The notes beneath the pieces were generated by a model. The model saw nothing but the letters and a program-made list of their open reading frames with translations, did not search any database and was not told the origin of the DNA. Both the position numbers and the translations under genes were made by a program. A DNA stretch of 64,000 bases. Source: Bdellovibrionales bacterium. Lineage in GTDB: Bacteria; Bdellovibrionota; Bdellovibrionia; Bdellovibrionales; UBA1609. This document shows, piece by piece, positions 1 through 10,658 of this stretch (position 1 is its first letter; every line of letters starts with the position of its first letter). The DNA lies in the NCBI GenBank assembly GCA_965205945.1, contig CBDBIB010000003.1, forward strand, positions 224,001 to 288,000, given 5' to 3'.

Positions 1-1053
1 GTTCATAACTCCTTCAAAAAAAGTATAATCTAACACCTCTCCTGCTAGATTGATGTTTATTTCACAGCAAAAACATAATCTATCTACGTTAGGTTTTAAA
101 GAACATAGTCCATTACTGAGCTCTTCTGGGAGCATTGGGCAAACATAGTTTGCCAAATAAACACTTGCTCCTTTTTCATAAGCTTCAATATCTAAAGAAG
201 ATCCTTTAAGAACGTAATGACTTACGTCTGCAATGGCAACTAAAAGCTTATACCCTTTAGAATTTTTAGATACACAAATAGCATCGTCAAAATCTTTTGC
301 TGTAACACCATCAATTGTAATTAGGGGTGTACTACGCAAATCCTTACGGTTTATTTTATCACTTTCTTTAACTGAATCACCGTGGTGTCGGGCATTTTTT
401 AAAGCTTTTTTAGAAAACTCAATGGGCACAGAGTGTTCATATAAAATTCTAATATTGTCTGTGTTTGGATCAAATTCACTGCCAATACTGCTAATGATTT
501 CTCCTGTAAAAGTGTTTTTAAAATCCTTTTTTTTATTTGAATTTGGTTTTTCACAGGGATTTGGATATTTAGTTACTTTAACTAATACAAGCTCCCCTTC
601 AGCGGCTTTAATTGGATTTTCGACTAAGAGTTCTTGTCCCCAATTATAAGAGCTATCTTTTAAGAAAAAGTTATTCTCTATACTATTAAAGTAAAGTCTT
701 CCAATAAATTTTTGACAAGCTCTTTTAACAACTCTAAGTACTTTTCCTCTGCGACCAAATTTATTAATACTATTGTTTACAGTGATTTCAACAAGGTCGT
801 TTGAAAATACTCCAAACATCTCTTCCTTTGGGATATAGACATCTTCTAGGGTCTTATCTTCGTAAACAAAGAAACCAAAGCCATCAGGGTTTCTTTTGAC
901 TCTTCCTAAGAAAATTTGTTTAAAGGATTTTTTAGCATTTAAGGTTTTTGTTAAGGATTTTTTTTTACGATCTTTTTTTTTAAAAGAAGCTTTTTTTAAA
1001 AAACTTCGTTCCTCCTTTACTGTAACATTCCTTGTTTTTTTTTTATTACTCAT
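1..1053 (-). CDS. rnr: Ribonuclease R, 5' part (runs off the window edge)
   Basis: Not in ORF track. Manual minus-strand translation from ATG at 1053 (MSNKKKTRNV...) is open to base 1 and contains cold-shock motif KRNPDGFGF and RNB motifs ITIDGVTAKDFDDA, VAIADVSHYV, PMLPEELSNGLCSL. Confidence 0.95.
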   Translation of the reverse strand, partial: MSNKKKTRNVTVKEERSFLKKASFKKKDRKKKSLTKTLNAKKSFKQIFLGRVKRNPDGFGFFVYEDKTLEDVYIPKEEMFGVFSNDLVEITVNNSINKFGRRGKVLRVVKRACQKFIGRLYFNSIENNFFLKDSSYNWGQELLVENPIKAAEGELVLVKVTKYPNPCEKPNSNKKKDFKNTFTGEIISSIGSEFDPNTDNIRILYEHSVPIEFSKKALKNARHHGDSVKESDKINRKDLRSTPLITIDGVTAKDFDDAICVSKNSKGYKLLVAIADVSHYVLKGSSLDIEAYEKGASVYLANYVCPMLPEELSNGLCSLKPNVDRLCFCCEININLAGEVLDYTFFEGVMN

Positions 1054-1063
1054 TGTTTCCTTA

Positions 1064-3733
1064 TTAATTATCTAGGCTTAGACGTGATAAATGTTTTATT
1101 AAAAATTGTTTTTTTTCTTCTAATATCAAAATTTGTTTCTTGTCTTCTTTAATAAGATGTTTAGGAGCATTTTGTAAATATCTTTTGTTTAAAAGTTTTT
1201 CTGAAATTAATGTTAAGTTTATTTTAATTTTTAACATATTTTTTTTAATTCTTTTAATTTCTTCAGCTATATCAACAAGTCCTTTTAATGGAACTACAAC
1301 TTCAACTGTGCACTCTGATATTTTAAGAGGTGTGACCGCACAATTTTTTAAAGATGCAGGTTCAACAAAGCTAAGGTTTTTAATTAATGCAAGTTTCTTA
1401 ATGATGACTTTGTGAATTTGTAGTGTTTTTTCTGATTTTTTATCTCTAGGAATTAAGAAGACATCAACAGGCTGGCTCACTTTAATTTGATTCTCACCCC
1501 TAATATTTCTAACTGATGAGATACACTGTCTAATCACATCAGTATTTAAATTTGAATCTTTACAGGTACTAATCATTTTAAAGGTTTGCTTATTTGGGTA
1601 ATTCACTAGTGCTAAACTTTCGTGGTTGTTTGTTGGCAAGCTTGAATAAATTTCTTCAGTTACGAAAGGAATGAAGGGGTGGAGGAGCTTGATTATATTG
1701 TCTAAGCAAAAAGATAAGACGCTAAGAGCAGTTTCTTTTTTTTTAATATCTTCACCATAAACTCTTATTTTGGAAAATTCTAAATACCAATCACAAAAGT
1801 CATTCCAAACAAATAAATAAAGACTTTGTGTAGCTTCTGAAAACCTTAATGCTTTGATTTTTTCATTAACATCTTTTGTGGTTACTTTTAAGGCGTCTAA
1901 AATCCAGAAATCAAACGTATTAAAATCTGAGGCTATAAATTTATCTTGATTAAATTTATAGTTATTTTCTTCCACTAAGTTTAAATAAAAACGCGTTGCA
2001 TTCCAGATTTTGTTGATAAAGTTTTTATATCCTTGAAGTCTTTGTTCGGAAAACTTAATATCTTTTCCTGAGGCCATTTGAGATATTAAAGTAAACCTTA
2101 AAGAGTCGGCGCCATAATCTTTAATAAGTTTTATTGGATCAATTGAGTTTCCTAAAGATTTTGACATTTTTCTTCCTTGGGAGTCTCGGATTAAACCGTT
2201 TAAATACACTGTTTTAAATGGCACATCTTTTTGGTACTCTAAACCCTGCATGATCATTCTAGCTACCCAGAAAAAGATAATATCAGGTCCTGTAATTAAA
2301 ATATCAGTTGGATAAAATGTTTTTAATGCTTTAGTTTTTTGAGGCCATCCTAATGTACTAAAAGGCCACAGTGCTGAACTAAACCAAGTGTCTAAGACAT
2401 CGGTTTCTTGGATTAAGTTCATACTTTTACAAGAAGTACACTTTGTTGGATTAGTGTCTTTAACAGTATACTCCTTACAATCTAGACATTGCCATACCGG
2501 TATTCTGTGGCCCCACCAGATTTGTCTTGAAACACACCAATCTTGAATGTTATTCATCCAGTTAAAATATGTTTTAGTCCACTTTTCTGGATAAAACTTT
2601 GTTGTACCCGCCTTAACTGCTCTTATAGCTGGCTTTGCAAGTTCATTCATTTTAATAAACCACTGATTAGATAAGTAAGGCTGTATAACACAGCCAGATT
2701 TTTCACAATGACCCACAGACTGCTTATGAGGTGTTACTTTTTCTAACAAGTCTTTAATCTTTAAATCCTTAACAATCCTCTTTCTAGCTTCTTGAACATG
2801 AAGTCCTTGATATTTACCACAGTTTTCATTTAACGTTCCATCAGGATTTAAAAGATTTACTTGTTTAAGATTATGCTTTAACCCAACTTTATAATCGTTA
2901 AAATCATGGGCTGGAGTGATTTTTACAACACCAGTTCCGAACTTAGGATCTACATAATCATCTTTAATAATTGGAATTTGTTTTTTTGTTAAAGGAAGTG
3001 CTACAGTTTTTCCTACTAAAGCTTGATACCTTTTATCATTAGGGTGAACACAGATTGCAGTGTCTCCTAGTAGAGTTTCTGGTCTTGTTGTTGCCGCTAT
3101 TAAAAACTTATCTGTTCCTAAAACCTTATATTTTATGTGCCACATAGAGCCTTTTACATCTTTATATTCAACTTCAATATCAGAAATTGCAGTTTGAAGT
3201 TGAGTGCTCCAGTTAACAAGCTTTCTTCCTTTATAAATAAACCCTTTTTTATATAGATCTACAAAAGTTTTACGAACAGCCTTTGAAACATTATCATCTA
3301 ATGTAAAGGTCAGTCTATCCCAGTCACAGGAGTCTCCTAATTGCTTCATTTGTGAAATGATTCTGTCTTCGTATTCTTTCTTCCATTTCCAAATTTCTTT
3401 AACAAATTTTTCACGACCTAAATCTAAACGATTAAGGCCTTCTTTTTTTAGCACCTTTTCGACAACAGACTGTGTTGAAATACCTGCATGGTCTGTTCCT
3501 GGAAGCCATAATGTGTTATAACCATGCATTCTATGCCAACGCACTAAAACATCTTGAATAGTATGATTAAGAGCATGTCCTAGATGTAAAAATCCTGTAA
3601 TATTAGGAGGTGGAAGGATGATTGAAAAAGAAGGTTTTGTAGAAACATCTTGAGCTTTAAAATCACCACGATTTGCCCAAAACTTTGCTATTTTCTCTTC
3701 AACATCTTTTGAATTGTATTTACTCTCCAACAT
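1064..3733 (-). CDS. valS: Valine--tRNA ligase
   Basis: PPPNITGFLHLGHA (HIGH), GTDHAGI, DWCVSRQIWWGHRIP, KMSKS, C-terminal coiled coil; 889 aa. Confidence 0.98.
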   Translation of the reverse strand: MLESKYNSKDVEEKIAKFWANRGDFKAQDVSTKPSFSIILPPPNITGFLHLGHALNHTIQDVLVRWHRMHGYNTLWLPGTDHAGISTQSVVEKVLKKEGLNRLDLGREKFVKEIWKWKKEYEDRIISQMKQLGDSCDWDRLTFTLDDNVSKAVRKTFVDLYKKGFIYKGRKLVNWSTQLQTAISDIEVEYKDVKGSMWHIKYKVLGTDKFLIAATTRPETLLGDTAICVHPNDKRYQALVGKTVALPLTKKQIPIIKDDYVDPKFGTGVVKITPAHDFNDYKVGLKHNLKQVNLLNPDGTLNENCGKYQGLHVQEARKRIVKDLKIKDLLEKVTPHKQSVGHCEKSGCVIQPYLSNQWFIKMNELAKPAIRAVKAGTTKFYPEKWTKTYFNWMNNIQDWCVSRQIWWGHRIPVWQCLDCKEYTVKDTNPTKCTSCKSMNLIQETDVLDTWFSSALWPFSTLGWPQKTKALKTFYPTDILITGPDIIFFWVARMIMQGLEYQKDVPFKTVYLNGLIRDSQGRKMSKSLGNSIDPIKLIKDYGADSLRFTLISQMASGKDIKFSEQRLQGYKNFINKIWNATRFYLNLVEENNYKFNQDKFIASDFNTFDFWILDALKVTTKDVNEKIKALRFSEATQSLYLFVWNDFCDWYLEFSKIRVYGEDIKKKETALSVLSFCLDNIIKLLHPFIPFVTEEIYSSLPTNNHESLALVNYPNKQTFKMISTCKDSNLNTDVIRQCISSVRNIRGENQIKVSQPVDVFLIPRDKKSEKTLQIHKVIIKKLALIKNLSFVEPASLKNCAVTPLKISECTVEVVVPLKGLVDIAEEIKRIKKNMLKIKINLTLISEKLLNKRYLQNAPKHLIKEDKKQILILEEKKQFLIKHLSRLSLDN

Positions 3734-3821
3734 ATAACCTTCATTAGGGTGAATAGGTGCTATTTATCTATTATAACTAAAAGGGAACAATAGTGCATTA
3801 AGTTACATAAAGGCAATGTAC

Positions 3822-4838
3822 TCAGCGCTCATGAGGATTTGCATAATTTTTAAGCCTTTTTGGGCCGTTATTGTTTTGGATTTTACTCTTTCTTCTATTT
3901 ATTTTTATATAAGGAAAGCTATGGCCAGAAGGTATTACATAAAATAATAGTTTTAAAGTCATAAAAACCCTAAGTCCGCGAGGGGCAGAGCTACCAAATA
4001 AGTTCTCACTAAAGCCCATCTTAATTGTTGTTAAAGGCGCTGGATTAAAACCAAACCAAACATTTGCTGCAATAAATTTAGGATTAATTGGCTGATAATA
4101 AAGACTGCCCCCATTGTACTCATCAGTTATTCTTAATCTATTTGTTGGATTATCTCCAGCTTTATCTTTGATTATTGGTGTTTGTCCTTTTAAACCAACA
4201 CTAAGTCTTGCATTCCAAAGTTTAAATTCAGGCTGTAGAATAAAAACAAAGTTTTTTGAAAGTTCTTTAAAAGGCCAATTTACTCCACCATATAACCAAA
4301 GGTAAAAGTCCTTAAAAGAGCTTACCCTTGTCCATATGCCAGCCTGAAGCCATCCTGTTCCGTCTCCAAGAGAAACATCATCTGAGCCATAGGAGTTTTC
4401 ATAAAAATTGATAAAAAACTTTAAATCACTAATTACATGAAAAGCTTGAGGGTTTGAGTTTTTTAAATTAGTTAAAGCTTGATTTATTCCAAACTGAAGA
4501 CCTTTAATATTTATGTTTCTACGAACTTCTTTTCCAAAAGTACTTTTAGACAATCCAAATAAAAAACCTGTAGAAAATGACCGTTTTAAAGACAGGCTAT
4601 TTTCTACACCTAAATAAAAATTATAAGCTTTAAAGGAGCCTAATAAGTCTCCATCGCCTTTAAAAAAATTATCTTTAGCCTGAAACCTGTCCATTTCATA
4701 TTTTACAGCAAGTCTGCCCATTTTAAAATGTGGAGGTTCCATTTGACCGTACACTCTTTCTGCAAAAGCTGGTGTTATATTAAATAAGCTTGAAATGGAG
4801 CTAAGCAGCAAAATACTATAAAGGTTATTTCTCAACAT
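3822..4838 (-). CDS. Secreted hypothetical protein, possibly an outer-membrane beta-barrel
   Basis: ORF track gives 4982, which overlaps the MFS gene. ATG at 4838 gives a signal peptide (MLRNNLYSILLLSSISSLFNITPAFA) followed by amphipathic aromatic-rich strands. Start uncertain (4865 also possible). Confidence 0.6.
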   Translation of the reverse strand: MLRNNLYSILLLSSISSLFNITPAFAERVYGQMEPPHFKMGRLAVKYEMDRFQAKDNFFKGDGDLLGSFKAYNFYLGVENSLSLKRSFSTGFLFGLSKSTFGKEVRRNINIKGLQFGINQALTNLKNSNPQAFHVISDLKFFINFYENSYGSDDVSLGDGTGWLQAGIWTRVSSFKDFYLWLYGGVNWPFKELSKNFVFILQPEFKLWNARLSVGLKGQTPIIKDKAGDNPTNRLRITDEYNGGSLYYQPINPKFIAANVWFGFNPAPLTTIKMGFSENLFGSSAPRGLRVFMTLKLLFYVIPSGHSFPYIKINRRKSKIQNNNGPKRLKNYANPHER

Positions 4839-4863
4839 AGATTTAAAGGGTAACAAGAAGTTC

Positions 4864-6069
4864 ATGATTAAAACAACTGCTTCTAGAAAACCTTCTTTAT
4901 TAGTTTTGTTTCTTGTTGTTCTTATTGATCTTATCGGTTTTGGCATGATACTCCCGCTCATTCCTTTTTTAGGAAAAAGCACTGGGGTGGCAGCTCCTAT
5001 GGTTGGTCTTCTTATGTCTATTTATTCGATTATGCAGTTTTTATTCTCTCCTTTTTGGGGGGGGATAAGTGATCGTTTTGGTAGAAGGCCTGTTTTGCTT
5101 TTGAGTATTTTAGGTGCTTCAGTTTCACATATAGCATTTGCTTTTACTACAAGTTACTGGGCTTTATTTTTAACTAGAATGTTTGCAGGTTTTTTCAGTG
5201 CTAATATTTCAACAGCAATGGCATCAGCTGCAGATTTATCCGATGAAAAAAATCGAACTCAAACTATGGGGCTTATTGGGGCAGCTTTTGGTTTAGGTTT
5301 TGTATTAGGGCCGTTTTTAGGTGCACAAGGTTCTGTATTTGGAAAAAGTTTTGGATTTGGTGATCAGTTCTCTTCTTTTTTGGCTGGGATTTTGTGTCTA
5401 TTAAATTTTATTTTTTGTTTTTTTGTTTTTAAAGAAACTCTTAAAGAAAAGCAAAATACTTTAAAAATAAATTTTAAAAAACTAAATCCGTTTTCAATTT
5501 TAAAAAATGTGAGCAGTACTTTAAAAAATGCTATTCTTTTATTTTTCGCAGCAACGATGGCCTTAGCTATTATTGAAATAGTTTTGTTCTACGCTGTAAA
5601 AGAGCAGTTTAATTGGGGCTATCAAAAAGCCGCTCTGGGCTTTGCTGTAGTTGGTTTAGTCATGGCTGTTACCCAGGGTGGTATTATCAGGCCTTTAAAG
5701 AAAAGACTTTCGGAAATTCAAATCATCTGTATTGGAGGTGTTTTATTCTGCCTAGGTTTACAGGGTGCGTTTTTATTCTCAAGCCTTTTTTTATTTGGAA
5801 GCTCTATTTTACTTATGAGTTTAGGCTACGCATTATTAAACCCGGCTTTAAATGGTTTTATAAGCCTTCAATCAAGTAAAAATTCTCAAGGTCAAATTTT
5901 TGGTGTTACTCATGGGTTTTCAGCCTTATCTAGAATCATAGGCCCCATATTAGGAACTTATATTCTTCAAGAGTACACTGTTAAAACTCCCTTTTTACTA
6001 TCTTCTATCCTTATAGGACTTTGTCTTACAGCTTTTTTTATCTTTATTTCAAAAAATGTTTTAAAATAA
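4864..6069 (+). CDS. MFS transporter, TetA/DHA1 family
   Basis: DLIGFGMILP, motif A GGISDRFGRRPVL, motif C GAAFGLGFVLGP; about 12 TM segments. Confidence 0.92.
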   Translation: MIKTTASRKPSLLVLFLVVLIDLIGFGMILPLIPFLGKSTGVAAPMVGLLMSIYSIMQFLFSPFWGGISDRFGRRPVLLLSILGASVSHIAFAFTTSYWALFLTRMFAGFFSANISTAMASAADLSDEKNRTQTMGLIGAAFGLGFVLGPFLGAQGSVFGKSFGFGDQFSSFLAGILCLLNFIFCFFVFKETLKEKQNTLKINFKKLNPFSILKNVSSTLKNAILLFFAATMALAIIEIVLFYAVKEQFNWGYQKAALGFAVVGLVMAVTQGGIIRPLKKRLSEIQIICIGGVLFCLGLQGAFLFSSLFLFGSSILLMSLGYALLNPALNGFISLQSSKNSQGQIFGVTHGFSALSRIIGPILGTYILQEYTVKTPFLLSSILIGLCLTAFFIFISKNVLK

Positions 6070-6248
6070 GAATATATGATGATGTAAAGGAAGGGAGCTC
6101 TGGGGTTAAACTTATATGTTTAAATAGTATTTTTTTAAATGAGTTAATTAGGGTTAAAAATTGTTACCCATCTTACAGTCATTAAGAGCGCTATTATGAC
6201 TAATGTTTATAATAGGTTAGGTAAAGTTCTTTGTCATAACAAACAGAA

Positions 6249-6809
6249 CTAAAGGTCTAAGTCTGGTGCATCTTGAAGGTTTGAAACCTTAGGTTTTAAA
6301 TCTTTTAAATCCTTTTTAAGTTTTTGATCATCAATAATAGGATCTGGAATTGTTCTTTGCCCCTGTTCAAGCATTGAAATATGAGAGTTTAAAATAGCTT
6401 TTAAATTATTTTCAAATTGTAAACGAACTCTGCGAAGTTCAGAAATATCTTGATAGATACGTTTTAAAGAGTCCTTAGCGTCTCTTGTGATCATTTCAGC
6501 CTTATGGTGAGCATCACTAGTAATAAGTTTTGCCTCTTTATTTGAATCATCTTGAATTCGCGTCGACATTTTTGTTGCGTTAGCTAAAGTCTTTCGTAAA
6601 AGATCTTCTCTTTCTTGAAACTCTTGGAGTTTAACTTCAACTTGCTTAAGGTTTTTTGTCATATCTTGATAGTTTTCAAAATTTTGCTCAAGGCTTCTAA
6701 CTACTTTTCTTAAAAATACGTTGACCTCAACAGGATCAAATCCTCTAAAAACTTTTGAAAATTTCTTGGTATTGATTGAATTAATAATTTCAAAAAAGTT
6801 TGATTTCAA
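6249..6809 (-). CDS. divIVA: DivIVA domain protein
   Basis: N-terminal KKFSKVFRGFDPVEVNVFL followed by coiled coil; TTG start at 6809 with AGGAGG RBS at 6817-6822 (ORF track start 6869). Confidence 0.88.
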   Translation of the reverse strand: MKSNFFEIINSINTKKFSKVFRGFDPVEVNVFLRKVVRSLEQNFENYQDMTKNLKQVEVKLQEFQEREDLLRKTLANATKMSTRIQDDSNKEAKLITSDAHHKAEMITRDAKDSLKRIYQDISELRRVRLQFENNLKAILNSHISMLEQGQRTIPDPIIDDQKLKKDLKDLKPKVSNLQDAPDLDL

Positions 6810-7133
6810 TTTAAAGCCTCCTAACTCACTGTTAATATGAGAACATATTAAAACCCTTATAGGCAACAATTTTAAAATTGATAAAACTCTTTATAGAGGC
6901 GGTGCGTCTTTGGTCTGTTCTTATTTTAATCAGATAAAGGGCTTAAAGAAGACACTGTATTTTTAGATATTAAAGAGTCTTTAGAAAAAAATATTAGACT
7001 TAAATTTTATTCATCAGGCTTTTAAAAAAGATAAAGAGAATAAGGAGTAGATTAGATGTAAGTCTAGTTTATAGGTTTTGCTTAAGTTAAGTTTTAACTA
7101 ATGAGAAAAGAAAGTAAAAAAAATTAGTTTATT

Positions 7134-8120
7134 TTATAAGCTTAACTTATTATCGATTTTATTTTGAATCGCTTGAAGCACACGTCTCGTTTTTAAACTT
7201 ATGTAAAGTTCTTCATTAACAAGAGTCTTTAATTCTAGACTAATTGTAGACATTGGCACCATATAATTAAAATTACTCCACATACTGTCCGTACTTAATG
7301 AAACCAAACTTTTACTAGCATTTGTTTTAGGGTATTTACCCGTCCATAAAACACCCACTAAACCTGAGTTTTGATCAAAAACAGGGGCTCCTGAGTCCCC
7401 ATGCTTACCATCACATCCAATTGGCAAAGACCATGAAAGTATTTTATTGGATGTTTCCTTACTCACACTGCTATCTAGATCTTTAAGATATCGGCTAGTA
7501 TCTGCTAACAACATACAATCTTTACTGTTGTCTATAAACCAATTAAAATTAAAATTTGGCATCAAGCGTTCTATTGTAATCATTTTTAAAGCCGCACCTG
7601 TTACTAAATTTTCATTTGAGAATTGAGCAGGGATCAGCTTATCAAAAGCATCGTCATGATTGGAGTTTATTTCAAAAAATAATATATCATTTTTTTTGAG
7701 TTGAAAACTCCAGCCAGAACAATAAAAATATAGATTTAAACCCTTAGGTTTAGCAATAAAACCTATCTCATCTTGACAAGAAGATAACTTATTATAGGTA
7801 TGTGCGGCTGTCATAACTAAATGTTTACCTTCAATTTTACCTATATAAGTTCCAATGCCTACCGCACCCATGCCGTGTCTATAAAGTTGAAAGATCTGTC
7901 CAGCAGTGTTGCTTCTATCTATAAGTATTTGACGATCCCAGTTTTGACCAATTTGATAAGGGTTTTTTCTTGGAGTAGAGTCTTTTTTAACAGCTTTTTC
8001 CTCTATATTTTTTAAACGGTTAATATTTTTAGTAAATACTTGGCTTTGGTATCCATTACATCCTATTAATGAGTAAAAAAAAGCTATAAAAAAGAGTGTG
8101 TTAAAGTATTTTTTATCCAT
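7134..8120 (-). CDS. Trypsin-like serine protease, predicted lipoprotein
   Basis: Lipobox-like LIGC; catalytic motifs MTAAHT, NDILFF, GDSGAPV. Confidence 0.8.
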   Translation of the reverse strand: MDKKYFNTLFFIAFFYSLIGCNGYQSQVFTKNINRLKNIEEKAVKKDSTPRKNPYQIGQNWDRQILIDRSNTAGQIFQLYRHGMGAVGIGTYIGKIEGKHLVMTAAHTYNKLSSCQDEIGFIAKPKGLNLYFYCSGWSFQLKKNDILFFEINSNHDDAFDKLIPAQFSNENLVTGAALKMITIERLMPNFNFNWFIDNSKDCMLLADTSRYLKDLDSSVSKETSNKILSWSLPIGCDGKHGDSGAPVFDQNSGLVGVLWTGKYPKTNASKSLVSLSTDSMWSNFNYMVPMSTISLELKTLVNEELYISLKTRRVLQAIQNKIDNKLSL

Positions 8121-8122
8121 GG

Positions 8123-9085
8123 TTAGATCGTTAATAAGTTATTAGTTTGAGTAGATTGTTTAGATTCGAATTCAGCCATACAAGCTTCTGGATTTTCATC
8201 AATCTGACATGCAAATGCTACAATCTCTAGTGTATACCAATCTTCTACACAAGTATAAGTCATGGGTATAAAAAGATCCCTATTTACTGTCCTTATGACT
8301 TTTCTTAAATAGTTTCTAATGCCCCTGCCATTGTATCTTGCTATACCTCCTGGTCTAGATCCGGGTATTATATAACCTCCTGCTATGGCAGCGTTGAATT
8401 TTAGGAAAATAGCTGATGCTAAAATATCCACATGCATTGCGGTTGCTTTTTGAAAAACTATCTTTAAATTTTTATGAGAGCGGTTCATAACATTATAAAA
8501 TAACTCTTCATTGCCAGGCCCTTCAGAGCCATCAACTATTCCATCATAACTTTCGTAACAAGATTTAACCATATTCTCCATGGCTTTTGTACTTATAGAG
8601 CTTGCAGTGTCAAGTTTTCCCTTAGGTCTACTCTTAAGTTTTAACTGTAATTTTATTGAATCGATTGCGGCACCTGTAAATTGACCACAACCTGAATCTC
8701 CACCTTTTCCAAGACGAGATTTACAATATAGTGACTCATTTCCAATAATTCCTGCAAACCATTTAAAATCATTTCCTGTGCAATCAGAAGCCCATATAAT
8801 AGCTTTTGCAATCTGTTTAGTAGTATAGTTGTCTACACCAGAATGATATTTTTTAATTGCGCTGTTAACAACAGCTACTCTTTGTTCTTTTGTGTATTGT
8901 TCATTTTCTGGTTCCGTTAAATTTGATATGAAAGTAGAACGTGTTTTTGAATTCATCTGCCATGCAGCATTATGTAATGTGGGTTTATTACATATCATTT
9001 TTGGAGAAAACTTAGCCACACTTAAAGAGGAAATCATTAATGTTATCATGCCCAATACTGTAGAAGCTATTCTTATGGTAATCAC
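8123..9085 (-). CDS. Secreted protein with divergent lysozyme-like/lytic transglycosylase motifs
   Basis: GTG start at 9085 with AAGGAG RBS (ORF track start 9151); signal peptide; IIGNES...GCGQFT...ASAIFLK...ARYNG parallel the SLT ES, GLMQ and AYN motifs. Confidence 0.55.
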   Translation of the reverse strand: MITIRIASTVLGMITLMISSLSVAKFSPKMICNKPTLHNAAWQMNSKTRSTFISNLTEPENEQYTKEQRVAVVNSAIKKYHSGVDNYTTKQIAKAIIWASDCTGNDFKWFAGIIGNESLYCKSRLGKGGDSGCGQFTGAAIDSIKLQLKLKSRPKGKLDTASSISTKAMENMVKSCYESYDGIVDGSEGPGNEELFYNVMNRSHKNLKIVFQKATAMHVDILASAIFLKFNAAIAGGYIIPGSRPGGIARYNGRGIRNYLRKVIRTVNRDLFIPMTYTCVEDWYTLEIVAFACQIDENPEACMAEFESKQSTQTNNLLTI

Positions 9086-9333
9086 AGTAATCTCCTTATA
9101 ATTTCTAATTAAATAGCTATTCAAGAAAAGTGCCAGAGCATATAAGTACAATAAACGCTTTTAGCACTTGATTTATGTTTAAACCTTCTTATATTTTGTG
9201 ACATTTTTTGTCATTAAGAGGTCCCTTTTTGTAAAAGATCAGGGTTTAGGCATACTGTAGAAAAGATGTTTAGCATCGATATTAGTCGAGTTTAAGAAGC
9301 CGCATCTCTGCAAAATTTTCATCCTAAAACTAG

Positions 9334-9801
9334 TTACTCTCTTTTTAAAAAAGTATATTTCCACTTTTTTAAACCCACACCGTAGTCATACATCGTCTCC
9401 CAGGCTTGACGGGAAGCTTTTCTAGAATCATTAAATTTTATTTGTTTTGACCTATAATAAGGGCGGTTTTTTAATTTTTTAAGTTCTATAAAACGTCCAT
9501 TTATAATAGCATTTGAACCTCCTGGAACATCTTTAACATAAACTTTAATTTGAATACTTGATTTTTTTGTAATATCATAAAAATCAGTTATGAATGATTT
9601 TGTATCTTCATCGGTTTTTAAAAAGTAAAAATTTTTTTCAAGAGCCCTTTGTTTTAAATCTTTATAAAACTCCATAGCAGTTTTATTTGATGCTAGAACA
9701 ATTGTATTTATACCATTTTTAATTTTCTCATTATTAAACATACTATGTTGTCTACTGATACAACCTGTTAGTAATACTATTAATAGGGCGATTTTTATCA
9801 T
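9334..9801 (-). CDS. Hypothetical lipoprotein
   Basis: AGGAGG RBS; MIKIALLIVLLTGC lipobox. Confidence 0.75.
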   Translation of the reverse strand: MIKIALLIVLLTGCISRQHSMFNNEKIKNGINTIVLASNKTAMEFYKDLKQRALEKNFYFLKTDEDTKSFITDFYDITKKSSIQIKVYVKDVPGGSNAIINGRFIELKKLKNRPYYRSKQIKFNDSRKASRQAWETMYDYGVGLKKWKYTFLKRE

Positions 9802-10338
9802 ATTTCCTCCTATACAAATATCGGGAAAAACATAAAAAATCGATACTAGTTTTAAGGATAGTTTAATTTTTTAAATCAAATTCATTTAAATTAATGAAAT
9901 AAAATAAGCCCGATAAAAAGATCTTGTCTAGGAGGTTATTTTTATAATTGTTAATTAAAGATAAGCAGATTTACATGAAAAAACAAAAGAGCAAAAGTAT
10001 TTAAAGAAACAATTAAAAGCGTAACAATTTTTTTTGCTTTAAAGGAGGGCCTGATTTTTACTAAGGACGTTGGAGTGGGTAAGAGTTATTTGACTCAAGT
10101 TATAAGATAGTAATCTTGTTTTTATGGAATTAAAATTTTATTTCTCTATTAATAGATAAGTTTTAAAAAATTAAGGGAAATATCAAGAAACTATTTTAAT
10201 CTAAATTAAAACCAAATTTTATAAAAACTACTTTTTTTAGTTAAATAATAATAATCTTATAGATTAAGGTTTAAAATAGTAATTGTAAAAAACTATGGAC
10301 TTTTGTAAATCTTTAATTATATTAGAAAAATCTAAAGT

Positions 10339-10429
10339 GAAGAGGTGGCTGAGTGGCTGAAGGCGTGCGCTTGGAAAGCGTATAGGCGTTAATAGCGTCT
10401 CGAGGGTTCGAATCCCTCTCTCTTCGCCA
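10339..10429 (+). tRNA. tRNA-Ser (GGA)
   Basis: Acceptor stem GAAGAGG/TCTCTTC plus GCCA end, D arm TGGCTGAGTGG, anticodon arm TGCGC-TT-GGA-AA-GCGTA, long variable arm, T arm GAGGGTTCGAATCCCTC. Confidence 0.97.
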
Positions 10430-10658
10430 CTCATCAGGATAAAGCTTTTTTAAAAACTTATTATAAACTTGGGTTTGAAGGGCTAAGAATTTTTCCATAT
10501 TCTTAATGTTATTATCAGTAAAATTTCTTAAAAAATTGCTCATGGTTCTTAGAGAAACAGTTTGACCTTTCATGACAGCTTCTAGATTTGGGCCTTGTCT
10601 AAACTCAATTAAATCATCTAGACAATCGTTGGTTTTTTTTAGGGTTTAATATAGGCAT
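10430..10658 (-). pseudogene. Frameshifted gene remnant abutting the tRNA 3' end
   Basis: AAGGAGA RBS and ATG at 10658; removing one base from the 8-T run at 10633-10640 joins it to the 10573 ORF, which then reads into the antisense of the tRNA. Confidence 0.4.

Noticed and set aside
233..649. 138-aa plus-strand ORF
   Set aside because: Antisense shadow of rnr.
9802..10338. Long AT-rich intergenic region as a CRISPR array or ncRNA
   Set aside because: No regularly spaced repeats or convincing structure; no cas genes in the window.
10322..10573. 83-aa minus-strand ORF as an intact gene
   Set aside because: Its C-terminal part (WRRERDSNPR...) is the antisense translation of tRNA-Ser.
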